DNA of 64,000 nucleotides from a virus (Duplodnaviria; Caudoviricetes): IMG/VR virus record IMGVR_UViG_3300033066_001722, positions 25,817 to 89,816 of that record; one strand, 5' to 3'. Shown piece by piece: positions 63,845 to 64,000 of this stretch (position 1 is its first letter; each line of letters starts with the position of its first letter). The notes under the pieces were generated by a model. It saw only the letters and a program-made list of their open reading frames with translations, ran no database searches and was not told where the DNA came from. The position numbers and the translations under genes were made by a program.

Positions 63845-63861
63845 TGCAAAAACTAGACCAA
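63845..63861 (-). promoter_or_regulatory. sigma54-type -24/-12 motif TTGGTCTAGTTTTTGCA
   Basis: Starts immediately after the TAG of a small upstream ORF (63862..63945); exact GG-N10-GC spacing. Confidence 0.6.
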
Positions 63862-64000
63862 CTATTCACCGAAGTGGTGAAGACGCTCGATCTGCTCTCG
63901 CAGTAGATACATCTGTCGGCGAGCGTATGGTACGAGCTGACTCATCAGTCTACCTCTGGTGGATCGTCTAGGAGATCGACAAGGACGGTGAAGCCGGGGA

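Noticed and set aside
1-64000. Stop-codon reassignment, introns or inteins
   Set aside because: Core genes are uninterrupted and of normal size under the standard code. All three stops are used in overlaps, and I saw no intein splice motifs or homing endonuclease.
1-64000. tRNA or rRNA genes
   Set aside because: Intergenic gaps are short, and none showed a cloverleaf with a T-loop GTTC and acceptor stem by eye. tRNAscan-SE would be decisive.

Overview
The whole window reads as part of one large, GC-rich, contractile-tailed (myovirus-like) phage genome. Almost every gene is on the minus strand, and many are joined by ATGA/GTGA/TGATG start-stop overlaps. Reading from the right end leftwards: small early genes, a DUF932-like gene and a ParB-like gene (the latter two, and the small-gene cluster at 63.8 kb, behind intergenic sigma54-type -24/-12 motifs); CYTH, wHTH, POT transporter, metallophosphoesterase and uracil-DNA glycosylase; a type IB topoisomerase; fibre genes; a short plus-strand island (histone-like protein, DUF488/NADAR-like fusion, P-loop protein); terminase, T4-like portal, prohead protease and major capsid; neck, sheath, tube, tape measure and baseplate; then SF2 and DnaB-like helicases, a sigma-like protein, ATP-dependent ligase and a GlpT-like MFS transporter. 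The main signal is a family of six scattered proteins sharing an N-terminal module: a short leader ending in [LV]-x-E (spaced three residues further upstream in one copy), then (G)W[VIL]T-x-(N/S)G-x2-[IV]-x-[IL]-x-D-x(1-2)-G-x3-(K/A/G)GP. The module is fused to unrelated C-terminal parts (ADP-ribosyltransferase, GNAT acetyltransferase, helical and hydrophobic domains). The topoisomerase IB carries a different short N-terminal motif after a similar leader. I infer a modular capsid-loading and ejection system for polymorphic effectors. All family assignments come from motif recognition by eye; no database search was run. I found no tRNA, rRNA, CRISPR array or integrase.
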